This document shows positions 8,754 through 17,471 of a stretch of DNA of 64,000 bases, piece after piece (positions within the stretch are counted from its first letter, which is position 1; each line of letters opens with the position of its first letter). The stretch is taken from NCBI GenBank assembly GCA_965227775.1, contig OZ245777.1:1728001-1792000 (forward strand), written 5' to 3'. Under the pieces are notes generated by a model. It ran no database searches. It was not told where the DNA came from and saw nothing but the letters and a program-made list of their open reading frames with translations. The position numbers were made by a program, and so were the translations under genes. Origin of the DNA: Phycisphaerales bacterium. GTDB lineage: Bacteria; Planctomycetota; Phycisphaerae; Phycisphaerales; UBA1924.

Positions 8754-9980
8754 GGGAGCGGCAAAGACGTATGCGGCGCCAGCCATGACACCAGCGCCAT
8801 CGTCTTGTGGAGCGCCGATGGCGACGCGGCGGCCGGAAAAATCGAGGCCCGTGCCGAAGCGAGCACCGAAGCTGGGCGAATCGGCACGGATGGGCGCGAG
8901 CGTTGCGCCCGAGCGGGCATCATACACGAACACCGTCCCCGCATTGGCAATGTCGGTGTCGTCGTTTGGGGCGCCGATGAGAGCGACACTGCCGTCGGTC
9001 GCCACGTACAGCCCGAAGTTGCCCAGCACGCCAACGCTTGCCTCCGAGAGGATCGCGACTTCCTGCGGCTCACTCGGATCGGTGAGATCAAACAAGTACG
9101 CGGCGCCGGCGCCGCTCACGCCCGGCTGATCGGCGTCGGGAGCACCGACAATCGCGATCGCGCCGTGCAGCGCGACCGACTTGCCGAAGAAGTCGAACGA
9201 CTCGGCGTCGCTGGCTGTGAGCTTGGCGAGCTCAACCGGTTGCCTCGGATCGGAAACGTCGAACAGGTACGCCGCACCCGACGATGCGGCGATCTCGTTA
9301 TCTCGCGGTGTGCCAACCAGCGCGAGGTCGCCCTGGATCGCGACCGAGAAGCCAAAGCCCGAGCCTTGGGCGCCATCGCTTGCGATCAGGCGGCCGAGCA
9401 CATCGATTGCATCGGGCGCGCTCGCGTCCAGCAGATACACGGCGCCCGTAGCCAGGCGGGCGCCATCGGCATTGGGTGCGCCGACGATGGCGACGTCCCC
9501 GCTGACATCGACCGAGAAGCCGAATCGGTCACCAAACTCGGCATCGTCGGGCGTAAATGTGTCGATGAAGTCGCCCGTCTCGCGGTCGTAGAAGAACATC
9601 GCGCCGGCCGGTCCGTCTCCATCGTCGAAACCCCATGCGGTGACGATGGCAGCACTGGAACCGAGTGCTGCGGCGTAGCCGAACCAGTCGGTGCCGACGA
9701 GGCCTGGCTCCGCGAGCGAGCGGACCAGCGTGCCCGAGTCTACATCGAACAGAAACGCGGCCCCAGCGTCGGGTGCGAAGTCGTCGTCGGCTGGAGCTGT
9801 GACGAGGATCCGATCCTCCAAGATCGCGACGTCGGTGCCAAATTGATCGAACTCCCCGGCATCCGGCGGCAGGATTCGGTCGACAGGGACGAACTGGGCC
9901 AGGACGGCCTGGCTGGTCGCCGCGATGGTTCCGAGAACGAACGTCCTCGTGCGAATCCTGAGAGTGTTACTGCCGTTCAC
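8589..9980 (-). CDS. FG-GAP repeat beta-propeller protein with GC-type dockerin
   Basis: About 7 FG...GAP...GAAYLF repeats; GGAGG RBS before GTG 9980 (ATG 10004 is an alternative). Confidence 0.9.
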   Translation of the reverse strand: MNGSNTLRIRTRTFVLGTIAATSQAVLAQFVPVDRILPPDAGEFDQFGTDVAILEDRILVTAPADDDFAPDAGAAFLFDVDSGTLVRSLAEPGLVGTDWFGYAAALGSSAAIVTAWGFDDGDGPAGAMFFYDRETGDFIDTFTPDDAEFGDRFGFSVDVSGDVAIVGAPNADGARLATGAVYLLDASAPDAIDVLGRLIASDGAQGSGFGFSVAIQGDLALVGTPRDNEIAASSGAAYLFDVSDPRQPVELAKLTASDAESFDFFGKSVALHGAIAIVGAPDADQPGVSGAGAAYLFDLTDPSEPQEVAILSEASVGVLGNFGLYVATDGSVALIGAPNDDTDIANAGTVFVYDARSGATLAPIRADSPSFGARFGTGLDFSGRRVAIGAPQDDGAGVMAGAAYVFAAPCQADLDGDGELTIFDFLSFQNLFDSGDLIADFDADGNLTIFDFLAFQNAFDAGC

Positions 9981-10066
9981 GCTCGATTCCTCCGCCCCAA
10001 TCATACAAGAAACGCGCCGGCAAGCGGCGCGAATCTGGGAGAGGAATTTTCAGGCGAGTGCGCTTT

Positions 10067-10231
10067 TCAGCAGCCCGCGTCGAACGCGTTCTGGAACGCG
10101 AGGAAGTCGAAGATCGTGAGGCTGCCGTCGCCGTCGAAATCAGCGGCGGGATCGCCCGAGTCGAACAGGTTCTGGAAACTCAGGAAATCGAAGATCGTGA
10201 GTTCGCCATCGCCGTCCAGGTCGGCCGGGCA
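10067..10231 (-). repeat. GC-type dockerin cassette, copy 3
   Basis: CPADLDGDGELTIFDFL..FDAGC. Confidence 0.9.
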
Positions 10232-11773
10232 CTGGCACTCGTCTGGGATGTTGTCGAGGTTTAGGTCTCGGCTGGTGCCGTTGGCGATATCGACGGTGTC
10301 GTGCACGCCGTTTGCATTGCAATCGACCGGCACTTCTCCGCTGACGAAGACCGGTCCGCGGATCTGTTGCTGGCTGCCGTCGGGTGCACCGGCGCCGCCC
10401 TGGCCGCCCGGGCCAAGGTCGTACGTCGCGTCGGTGAGGTCGACCGCGCCGCTGCCAGCAACCCAGATGCCGATGCTCGGCCCGCCCGCACCTCCGCCAC
10501 CGTTGCCGCCGTTGCCGCCGCGTCCGCCGTTGCCTCCGCGGGCGCCGTTCGAGCCGTCGTCTTGCTCGCTGGCGCCGCCATAGTTGTTGCCGGCGGTGCA
10601 GAAGGAGACGCCGCCGGTGCCGCCCATGCCGCCCTGGCCGCCGATGCCGCCTTCGCCGCCGTGGCCACCGCCCTCGGTCGCGAAGGTCGAGCCCGTCACG
10701 ATGACGCCCGTCGAGTCGTGGATGACGAGGCCGATTGATGCGCCGCCGCCGCGGCCGCCCGATCCGCCGAAGCCGCCGCTGCCGCCGGCGCCGCCGCCTC
10801 CGCCGCCACCGCCCCAGCTATTGCAGCTGTTGGTGCCGCCACCGCCACCACCTCCGCCGCCACCGCCCGAGCCGTGCTCGCCACGCGCACCCGCGTTGCC
10901 GTTCCCGCCCACGTAAAGCCCGCCGCTGAGCGCGCCTTCCACGCCTGGGATGCCCGCGCGGCCGTTCGCGCCGTTGCCCCCATCGCCGCCGAAGAAGGAC
11001 GGCAGGCCGGGAAGGTCGAAGGGGCACCAGTTGCCAAAGCCCGCCAGGACGCCCGCTCCGCCCGACCCGCCATTGGGGCCCTGGCCCCAGCTTCCGCCCA
11101 CGCCCCGCCGATCATCACGCCCCGGCTGGCCGCCGTTGCCGCCCGGGAAGCCCGGGCCCGCGCCGCCGCGTCCGCCGTTTGGGCGAAGGCCCGTCGAGCA
11201 GAAAAGGTCGCCATCGTCCTCAACGCCGCCGCCACCGAGGCGGCCGTTTTCGCCGCGCGAGCCGTTACCGGCAGTGCCGCCCGCTTGGCCGTTTGCGGCT
11301 TGGCCCGCGATGAGTTCGCTATTGCTGATGAACACGTCGCTGCAGTTGAAGAACGACAGGCCATAGGTACTGTTGCCGACGACATCGGTCGCCGTGATGC
11401 TGACGCCGTCGAGCAGGATGCCGAAGCGGCCTTGTACCAGCGGGTTCGATAGCTGGATCTCGGTGCGATTGGTGTCGGAGTCACGCGACCAACCGTCGGA
11501 CGCATCGAAGCCACCGAGGATCTGCTGTTGGCTGAAGATCGAGCCCGCGTTGTACACACCCTGGTCAAGATAGATCGGGCGATCGGCGCTGTAGAGCGAA
11601 GTCGCGCGGCTGAGCGTGGCGATGGGCTCATCGGCTGTTCCAGGATTCGCATCGTCGCCGAGCGTGGCCGACACGTACACCGGGCCTTGCTGGGCGATCG
11701 CGTTGGTCGCGGCGAAGGCTGCGAGGACGATCGATGCGGTGCGGAGAGTGGTGCGTGTGGGAGTGCGTTGCAT
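10067..11773 (-). CDS. Secreted glycine-rich protein (DUF1565-like N-terminus, GGx repeats) with GC-type dockerin, paralog A
   Basis: Signal peptide; YVSATLGDDANPGTADEP; long GGxGGx tracts; DCNANG..DEC linker; dockerin. Confidence 0.85.
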   Translation of the reverse strand: MQRTPTRTTLRTASIVLAAFAATNAIAQQGPVYVSATLGDDANPGTADEPIATLSRATSLYSADRPIYLDQGVYNAGSIFSQQQILGGFDASDGWSRDSDTNRTEIQLSNPLVQGRFGILLDGVSITATDVVGNSTYGLSFFNCSDVFISNSELIAGQAANGQAGGTAGNGSRGENGRLGGGGVEDDGDLFCSTGLRPNGGRGGAGPGFPGGNGGQPGRDDRRGVGGSWGQGPNGGSGGAGVLAGFGNWCPFDLPGLPSFFGGDGGNGANGRAGIPGVEGALSGGLYVGGNGNAGARGEHGSGGGGGGGGGGGTNSCNSWGGGGGGGGAGGSGGFGGSGGRGGGASIGLVIHDSTGVIVTGSTFATEGGGHGGEGGIGGQGGMGGTGGVSFCTAGNNYGGASEQDDGSNGARGGNGGRGGNGGNGGGGAGGPSIGIWVAGSGAVDLTDATYDLGPGGQGGAGAPDGSQQQIRGPVFVSGEVPVDCNANGVHDTVDIANGTSRDLNLDNIPDECQCPADLDGDGELTIFDFLSFQNLFDSGDPAADFDGDGSLTIFDFLAFQNAFDAGC

Positions 11774-11834
11774 GGCTGTGCTCCGATGAGTGCGAGGCCA
11801 GGAGTGTGGCGACGTCGCACGCCGCTCCAACCGT

Positions 11835-11864
11835 AACGCGACGACCGTCGCCGGAAACGGCAAC
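11835..11864 (-). promoter_or_regulatory. Putative ECF sigma promoter GTTGCCG-N16-TCGCGTT
   Basis: Same bipartite motif and spacing at 13704-13733, both upstream of paralogous genes. Confidence 0.6.
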
Positions 11865-11871
11865 GGTCGTC
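11840..11871 (-). terminator. 14-bp hairpin downstream of the paralog B stop
   Basis: Minus strand gacgaccgttgccg-tttc-cggcgacggtcgtc (one G:U pair); no clear U-tract. Confidence 0.45.
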
Positions 11872-11909
11872 AAGGTTCTTTTCGATTGCGTCGTGTTTGG
11901 TGTCGTCGA

Positions 11910-12074
11910 TCAGCAACCAGCGTCGAACGCGTTCTGGAAGGCCAGGAAATCGAACAGCGTCAGCTCGCCGTCGCCGTCGAAGTCGGCGGCGTGGTTGCCC
12001 GTGTCGAACAGGTTCTGGAACTCGAGGAAGTCGAAGATGGTCAGGCTGCCGTCGCCGTCGAGGTCCGCGCGGCA
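11910..12074 (-). repeat. GC-type dockerin cassette, copy 4
   Basis: CRADLDGDGSLTIFDFL..FDAGC. Confidence 0.9.
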
Positions 12075-13628
12075 CTGGCACTCGTCGGGGATGTTGTCGA
12101 GGTTCAAGTCGAGGCTGTCGCCGTTGGCGATGTCGACCAGGTCGTGCACGCCGTTGGCGTTGCAGTCGACGGGGATGGCGACCGCGGATTCGATCGGACC
12201 GCGCGATTGCAACTGCGTACCCGCCGATCCGCCGGGTGCTCCGCCGCTACCAGGATCGCCGAGGTCGTAGCTTGCGTCGACGAGATCGACGGCCGGCCCC
12301 GAGACCCAGATCCCGATGCTCGGCCCGCCAGCGCCGCCGCCGCCACGGCCGCCGTTGCCGCCTCGCCCACCGTTGCCGCCCATGCCGCCGTTGGAGCCGT
12401 CGTCTTGCTGGCTGACGCCGCCGTAGAAGTTGCCTGCGGTGCACGTTGGGACGGCACGACCACCGAGGCCGCCGTTCCCGCCCTGTCCGCCGTTGCCTCC
12501 GTTGCCACCGTTTCCGCCGCCGCCGGTCGCGAAGCTCGCACCGTTGATGACGACGTCGGTCGATGCCGTGACGACCAAGCCAACCGAGGCGCCACCGCCG
12601 AGCCCGCCCTGTCCGCCGCGACCACCGCCGCCGCCCGAGCCACCACCCGCGCCGCCGCCGCCGAAGCTGTTGCAACTCGCCGTTCCGCCGCCGCCACCGC
12701 CGCCGCCGCCGCCCCCAGCGCCGCCCTGGCCATCGGCACCCTGTCCACCGCGCTGCGGGACGTAGAAGCCGTCGGCCGCGAGCGAGCCCTCACCGCCGGC
12801 GGGGCCGTCCACGCCGCTGGATCCCGGGAAGCCGTCGCCGCCGATCGAGTCTCGCCCGCCGAAGAAGAAGGGGCACCAGTTGCCGAGGCCGGGGAAGGTC
12901 CCGTCGCCGCCGCGCCCGCCGCCGGGGCCCTCACCCGCTTCGCCAGGCCGGCCGAAGTCGCCATCGCGTCCCGGCCGCCCGCCGACGCCGCCCGGGAAGC
13001 CGCCGCCGGCGCCCGCGACGCCTCCGAGCGGCCAGAGGCCCTGCGTACAAACGGGGATGCTGGTCCCGGGGATGGTCTGGTCGTCGCTCTCGATGCCTGG
13101 CATGCCGAGCCCGCCGTTGCCCCCACGGGCTCCGCTCGAGCCGGTAGAACCGTTCGCGCCACCCATGGCAGCCTCGGCGACGAACTCGCAGTTGCTCGCG
13201 AAGAAGTCCTCGACGCCGCGGAGCACCAGGCCGTAGCGGCTGATGCCGGTCGAGGGCTGCATCGTGAAGCGGATGCCATCGGCCATCACGCCGACCGCCG
13301 CGGTCGTGGGTATGGAGGTCCGCACGATCGTCGTGTTGAGCGATGGATCCCGGCTCCAGCCATCGCCGGCGTTAAAGCCACCGAGGAGCGCGGTGCCGCT
13401 GGTCAGCCGCAGGTCGGTGTACTCGCCAGCGTCGAGATAGATCACGCCGGAACTGGCCAGGGTGCGCGCCGTTGCCAGCGTCGCCACCGGCTCGTCTCTC
13501 GTGCCAGGGTTCGCGTCGTCGCCCTGCGAGGCCGACACGTAGATCGGTTCCTGAGCCAACGCGTTGGTCGCCGCGAGTGCGGTAAGGATGCAGGCAACGG
13601 TCCGGGAGTTCGTGGGTAACGTGGTCAT
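11910..13628 (-). CDS. Secreted glycine-rich protein with GC-type dockerin, paralog B
   Basis: AGGAG RBS; signal peptide; YVSASQGDDANPGTRDEP; same architecture as 10067-11773. Confidence 0.85.
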   Translation of the reverse strand: MTTLPTNSRTVACILTALAATNALAQEPIYVSASQGDDANPGTRDEPVATLATARTLASSGVIYLDAGEYTDLRLTSGTALLGGFNAGDGWSRDPSLNTTIVRTSIPTTAAVGVMADGIRFTMQPSTGISRYGLVLRGVEDFFASNCEFVAEAAMGGANGSTGSSGARGGNGGLGMPGIESDDQTIPGTSIPVCTQGLWPLGGVAGAGGGFPGGVGGRPGRDGDFGRPGEAGEGPGGGRGGDGTFPGLGNWCPFFFGGRDSIGGDGFPGSSGVDGPAGGEGSLAADGFYVPQRGGQGADGQGGAGGGGGGGGGGGTASCNSFGGGGAGGGSGGGGGRGGQGGLGGGASVGLVVTASTDVVINGASFATGGGGNGGNGGNGGQGGNGGLGGRAVPTCTAGNFYGGVSQQDDGSNGGMGGNGGRGGNGGRGGGGAGGPSIGIWVSGPAVDLVDASYDLGDPGSGGAPGGSAGTQLQSRGPIESAVAIPVDCNANGVHDLVDIANGDSLDLNLDNIPDECQCRADLDGDGSLTIFDFLEFQNLFDTGNHAADFDGDGELTLFDFLAFQNAFDAGC

Positions 13629-13703
13629 GGTGGGGCTCCTATCTACCCTTGTTCGTGCATCGGTAGGGGTTGCGAGCGAATTGGCTTGCACCCCGCCGCC
13701 CGG

Positions 13704-13733
13704 AACGCGACAATGCCCGGCAACACCGGCAAC
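13704..13733 (-). promoter_or_regulatory. Putative ECF sigma promoter GTTGCCG-N16-TCGCGTT
   Basis: Plus strand aacgcga 13704-13710 and cggcaac 13727-13733; abuts the divergent sigma gene. Confidence 0.6.
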
Positions 13734-13735
13734 GA

Positions 13736-14368
13736 ATGTCAGGGGGATTTGCGATCGAGCCCCAATCCGACCAACGCGAGCCCCGTGAGCCCCCTGAGTC
13801 CACAGTGCTGCTGCTTGCCTCGGCGGGTGGCGATGCGCAGGCAGCCGAGCAGCTTGCGCCGATGGTCTACGACAACCTACGACGCCTCGCCGCGGCCCGG
13901 CTGGGCGGCGCGGGCCAGGCCGATTGGACGTGCCAGCCGACGGCCATCGTGCACGAGGCATACATGCGCATGGCAGATCAGGACAAGGTCGATTGGCAGG
14001 GCCGCACGCACTTCTTCGCGATCGGGGCCGAGATGATCCGGCGCGTGATTGCCGACGAAGCCAAGCGCCGGGGCCGCCAGAAGCGCGGGGGTGGTTGGGG
14101 GCGCGTCACGCTTGATGGGGCAGCGCTCGACGCCAGTTCGGCTCCCATCGACCCGCTCGATCTCGATGATGCGCTGACCAAGCTGGCGGAGGTGGATGAT
14201 CGTGCGGCGCGCGTCGTGTCGCTCCGGTTCTTCGGGGGCCTGACCGAGCCCGAGGCCGCCGCCGTCCTGGGTGTGAGCGAGCGCACGGTGCGCGGCGACT
14301 GGCGGAGTGCCAAGGCCTTCCTGCGGCGCACGCTTGCAGCGACGGATGCAACTAGTGACGAGCACTGA
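13736..14368 (+). CDS. ECF-type RNA polymerase sigma factor (TIGR02999 family)
   Basis: LAPMVYDNLRRLA, QPTAIVHEAY, HFFAIGA, KRGGG, LRFFGGLT..ERTVRGDW. Confidence 0.9.
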   Translation: MSGGFAIEPQSDQREPREPPESTVLLLASAGGDAQAAEQLAPMVYDNLRRLAAARLGGAGQADWTCQPTAIVHEAYMRMADQDKVDWQGRTHFFAIGAEMIRRVIADEAKRRGRQKRGGGWGRVTLDGAALDASSAPIDPLDLDDALTKLAEVDDRAARVVSLRFFGGLTEPEAAAVLGVSERTVRGDWRSAKAFLRRTLAATDATSDEH

Positions 14369-16904
14369 CCTCTACCAGCGGGCGAAGGACGCCTTCCTGC
14401 AAGTATGCGACGCAGAGCCCGCAGATCGCATCGAGCTGCTGGAACGGATCTGCGCCGGCGACGAAGTTCTCCGGGCCGAAGTCCTGAGCCTGCTCAGCCA
14501 TGATCTGGACGACGGTGCTTTTGGCGATCATCTTCCCCCCGGCTCGAAGCTGGGGGAGTTTGAGATCGTTCGCGTGCTCGGCGAGGGCGCGATGGGAGTG
14601 GTGTACGAAGCGAGACAGGCCCACCCCGAGCGCATGGTGGCACTCAAGGTTGTCCGCGGCGGTGCAGCTTCGGCTTCTCTTCGCCGACGGTTCGAGCACG
14701 AGTCCGCGGCGCTCGCGCGCTTGCAGCATCCCGGCATTGCCGCGGTCTACGAAGCGGGCTTCGATCGCGCAACGGGCGCACCGTTCTTTGCCATGGAGTT
14801 GGTCGACGGAAAGCCGCTCACGATACACGCCGCTGCGCTGCGCACTCCCGAGCGCGTAGAGCTCCTCGCGCAGGTCGCCGAGGCGGTGCACCATGCCCAC
14901 CAGCGAGGTGTGATCCACCGCGATCTGAAGCCGGGCAACGTCCTCGTTGACGAACAGGGACGCCCACGCGTGCTGGACTTCGGCATCGCCCGATTGACCG
15001 CCGATGATGGCACCGCCGCGACCATTCGCACGCTGCCCGGCCAGGTCGTCGGGACGCTCGCGTATATGAGCCCCGAGCAAGCCGCGGGCGATGCCGATGC
15101 AATCGACGTTCGGACGGACATCTACGCGCTCGGAGCGGTCGGGTACGAGCTGCTCTCGGGCGAGCTTCCGCTGCCAGTGCGTGAAAAGTCGTTGCCGGCG
15201 GCGTTGAGCGCGATCCAGCACGACGAGCCCAGACGGCTTGGCACGCTTGAAAAGCGGCTGCGGGGCGACCTCGAGACAATCATCTCGACCGCACTCGAAA
15301 AGGACGCATCGCGTCGATACCCATCCGCGGCTGCCATGGCCGACGACCTGCGCAGATCGCTGCGCGACGAGCCCATCACCGCGCGGCCGGCAACAACCTT
15401 GTACCAGCTCCGCAAGTTTGCCAAGCGGCGCAAGGGACCGGTTTTCGCGGGCAGCGTCGTCGTCGCGATGCTCGTGATCGCCAGCGTCGTCAGCGTGGCG
15501 TTTGGAATCCATGCCCAGCAGCAGCGAGACCTGGCCGAACAGCGCCTCTTCGACGTCCGTGCCCTGGCAAATACGATGCTGTTCGACCTGCACGACCTCA
15601 TCGAGCCGCTGCCGGGTGCGGTGGAGGCCCGGCGGCGCCTCGTGCAGACCGGGCTCGAGTACCTCGATCGCCTGGCACAAGACGCCGGCGACGATGCCGA
15701 GCTGCTCGAAGAACTCGCTGAGGCGTACTTCCGCATCGGTGACATCCAGGGCAATCCGCGTCGAGCCAACCTTGGCGATGCCGAGGCGGCGCTCGACAGC
15801 TACGCCCGGAGCATCGAGCTTCGGCGGCGGCTTGCCAGGTCGGCTCCGTCGGAGGCGTCCACGATCGCCCTCTCGCGCACGGAACTCGCGATCGCCGAGA
15901 CGTTGACCAGCACCCCAAGGGCCGACGAATCGGCCGACTTCGCGTCGCGAACGCTCGAAACTCTTGGCGACCTCGAATCGAACGAGGCCGACGAGGTTCG
16001 CGTACTTGCCGAGCAGCGCCTGGGCACGGCCATGCTCAATCGTGGCCAGCCCGACGAGGCGCTCGAGCATTTCAGCCGGGCGCTCGGGGCATCCGAGCGC
16101 CTGGCATCCGACGGCGATCCGGTACAGGTTCGAAGGCTGACGATTGGCCTGAACGAGATGGGGTTGACGCTCGCGAGACTCGGACGAGCCGATGAAGCGC
16201 TGCCGTACTTGGAGCGATCCGAGTCGCTGCGGGCGCGCGCGGCCGAGGCAAATCCCGGGAGCATTCGGGCGCAGCGAGACCTTGCGCTCGTGCAGCACAG
16301 GCTCGGAGACGTGCGCGGCGATCTGGGAGAACTCGACGAGGCCGTAAGGCTGTATGCGAGCGCCCGTGATGCGCTGGCCGGAATCGCGCGGGCCGACCCG
16401 AACGATGCCAGGGCGCACTTCGACTGGTCGGTTGCCGAGGAAAAGTATGCCAACGCCCTACTGCGAGTTGATCGAGTCGAGGACGCGAAGCAGGGCTATG
16501 CCAACTCCCGAGATTTGCGAACCGATCTTGCAGACGCCAATCCTGCCAACCGGTTGTACCGGATGGCCTCGGCGATCTCGATCGAGCGCGTCGCACACAG
16601 CGATCGCTTGCTGGGCAACCACGATTCGGCGAGGAGCGGCTTCCAGCAGGCCATGGCAATCGCGCGGTCGGGGCTCGACGAGAACCCGAACGACGTTCGA
16701 CTGTGGACCGTGTTGGGCATTTCTCAGCTCGGAATGGGCCAGAGCCATCTGGATGCTCCCGACGCCTCTGACACATCTGACGCCAAGCGTTGGCTCACAG
16801 AATCTCGCGGAACGCTCGAACAGATGGACTCACGCGGCATCACGCCCACGCGATCGACGCTGAGTTTCGAGGCTATTGACGCCCTGCTGGCCCGTTGCGG
16901 GTAG
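14346..16904 (+). CDS. Membrane Ser/Thr protein kinase with extracytoplasmic TPR repeats
   Basis: GEGAMGVVY, VALK, HRDLKPGN, DFG, GTLAYMSPEQ; one TM; TPR-like helices; overlaps the sigma gene 3' end. Confidence 0.92.
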   Translation: MQLVTSTDLYQRAKDAFLQVCDAEPADRIELLERICAGDEVLRAEVLSLLSHDLDDGAFGDHLPPGSKLGEFEIVRVLGEGAMGVVYEARQAHPERMVALKVVRGGAASASLRRRFEHESAALARLQHPGIAAVYEAGFDRATGAPFFAMELVDGKPLTIHAAALRTPERVELLAQVAEAVHHAHQRGVIHRDLKPGNVLVDEQGRPRVLDFGIARLTADDGTAATIRTLPGQVVGTLAYMSPEQAAGDADAIDVRTDIYALGAVGYELLSGELPLPVREKSLPAALSAIQHDEPRRLGTLEKRLRGDLETIISTALEKDASRRYPSAAAMADDLRRSLRDEPITARPATTLYQLRKFAKRRKGPVFAGSVVVAMLVIASVVSVAFGIHAQQQRDLAEQRLFDVRALANTMLFDLHDLIEPLPGAVEARRRLVQTGLEYLDRLAQDAGDDAELLEELAEAYFRIGDIQGNPRRANLGDAEAALDSYARSIELRRRLARSAPSEASTIALSRTELAIAETLTSTPRADESADFASRTLETLGDLESNEADEVRVLAEQRLGTAMLNRGQPDEALEHFSRALGASERLASDGDPVQVRRLTIGLNEMGLTLARLGRADEALPYLERSESLRARAAEANPGSIRAQRDLALVQHRLGDVRGDLGELDEAVRLYASARDALAGIARADPNDARAHFDWSVAEEKYANALLRVDRVEDAKQGYANSRDLRTDLADANPANRLYRMASAISIERVAHSDRLLGNHDSARSGFQQAMAIARSGLDENPNDVRLWTVLGISQLGMGQSHLDAPDASDTSDAKRWLTESRGTLEQMDSRGITPTRSTLSFEAIDALLARCG

Positions 16905-17036
16905 ATCGCCGCCACCGATCTCGGGCTCATACCATTGTCCATGCCCGCCCGGCGTCGCCGACCTCAACCGTCCGAGAAGACTTCTGCCCCGCTGCCCAGG
17001 GAACAGGCGGGGGATTCCAGCGGTTTGCAACAGGCC

Positions 17037-17444
17037 ATGCCCGATCGACCGCTCAAGATCATTGACGCCGATGACTGGTGGTCGCCCGAAGACGCCGATT
17101 TGCGTGTCGGCGCGGAAGAAGCGGACGACCCCGAGGATCGGCCGATCCCTGGCCGACGCCTGCTCATCGCCGGTGTCCTCATCTTCGTGATCACGACGGT
17201 CACGGTCGTGTTCCTGCCGAACATCGTCGCCGTTCTGACGCCGACCGGTGCCATGGTCGCGTTCGCGGCCATTGTTGCGGCAGCGGTCGTGACCGCGGCA
17301 CCGAAGCGCCAGCCACATTCGATCCGCGAGGCCGAGGGCAAGGCCATCACGTGCGGCGGGCCCCGGCCAGTCGGCGAACTCTCCCGCAAGATGGCCGACA
17401 AGAACAACCGTAGCGGCTGCGGCGGTGGATCCTGCGGCTGCTGA
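17037..17444 (+). CDS. Small membrane protein with Cys-rich C-terminus
   Basis: Two TM segments; ends GCGGGSCGC; start uncertain (16935 possible). Confidence 0.6.
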   Translation: MPDRPLKIIDADDWWSPEDADLRVGAEEADDPEDRPIPGRRLLIAGVLIFVITTVTVVFLPNIVAVLTPTGAMVAFAAIVAAAVVTAAPKRQPHSIREAEGKAITCGGPRPVGELSRKMADKNNRSGCGGGSCGC

Positions 17445-17471
17445 CCCGGCGCGAGAGCGCTATCACTGGCA

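Noticed and set aside
661..12074. Dockerin repeats or PEP-CTERM duplicates as a CRISPR array or DGR template/variable repeats
   Set aside because: In-frame coding repeats with no spacer periodicity; no cas or reverse transcriptase gene in the window; differences are not evidently adenine-specific
8748..13619. Long plus-strand ORFs (8748-10583, 11790-13619) and poly-Pro ORFs
   Set aside because: Antisense shadows of the FG-GAP and Gly-rich genes; high GC suppresses stop codons and GGC repeats read as Pro/Ala
14352..16418. 688-aa minus-strand ORF, and similar shadows at 22512-23906, 31440-32857, 47837-50230 and 53629-54966
   Set aside because: Entirely antisense to genes with clear family motifs and with no motifs of their own
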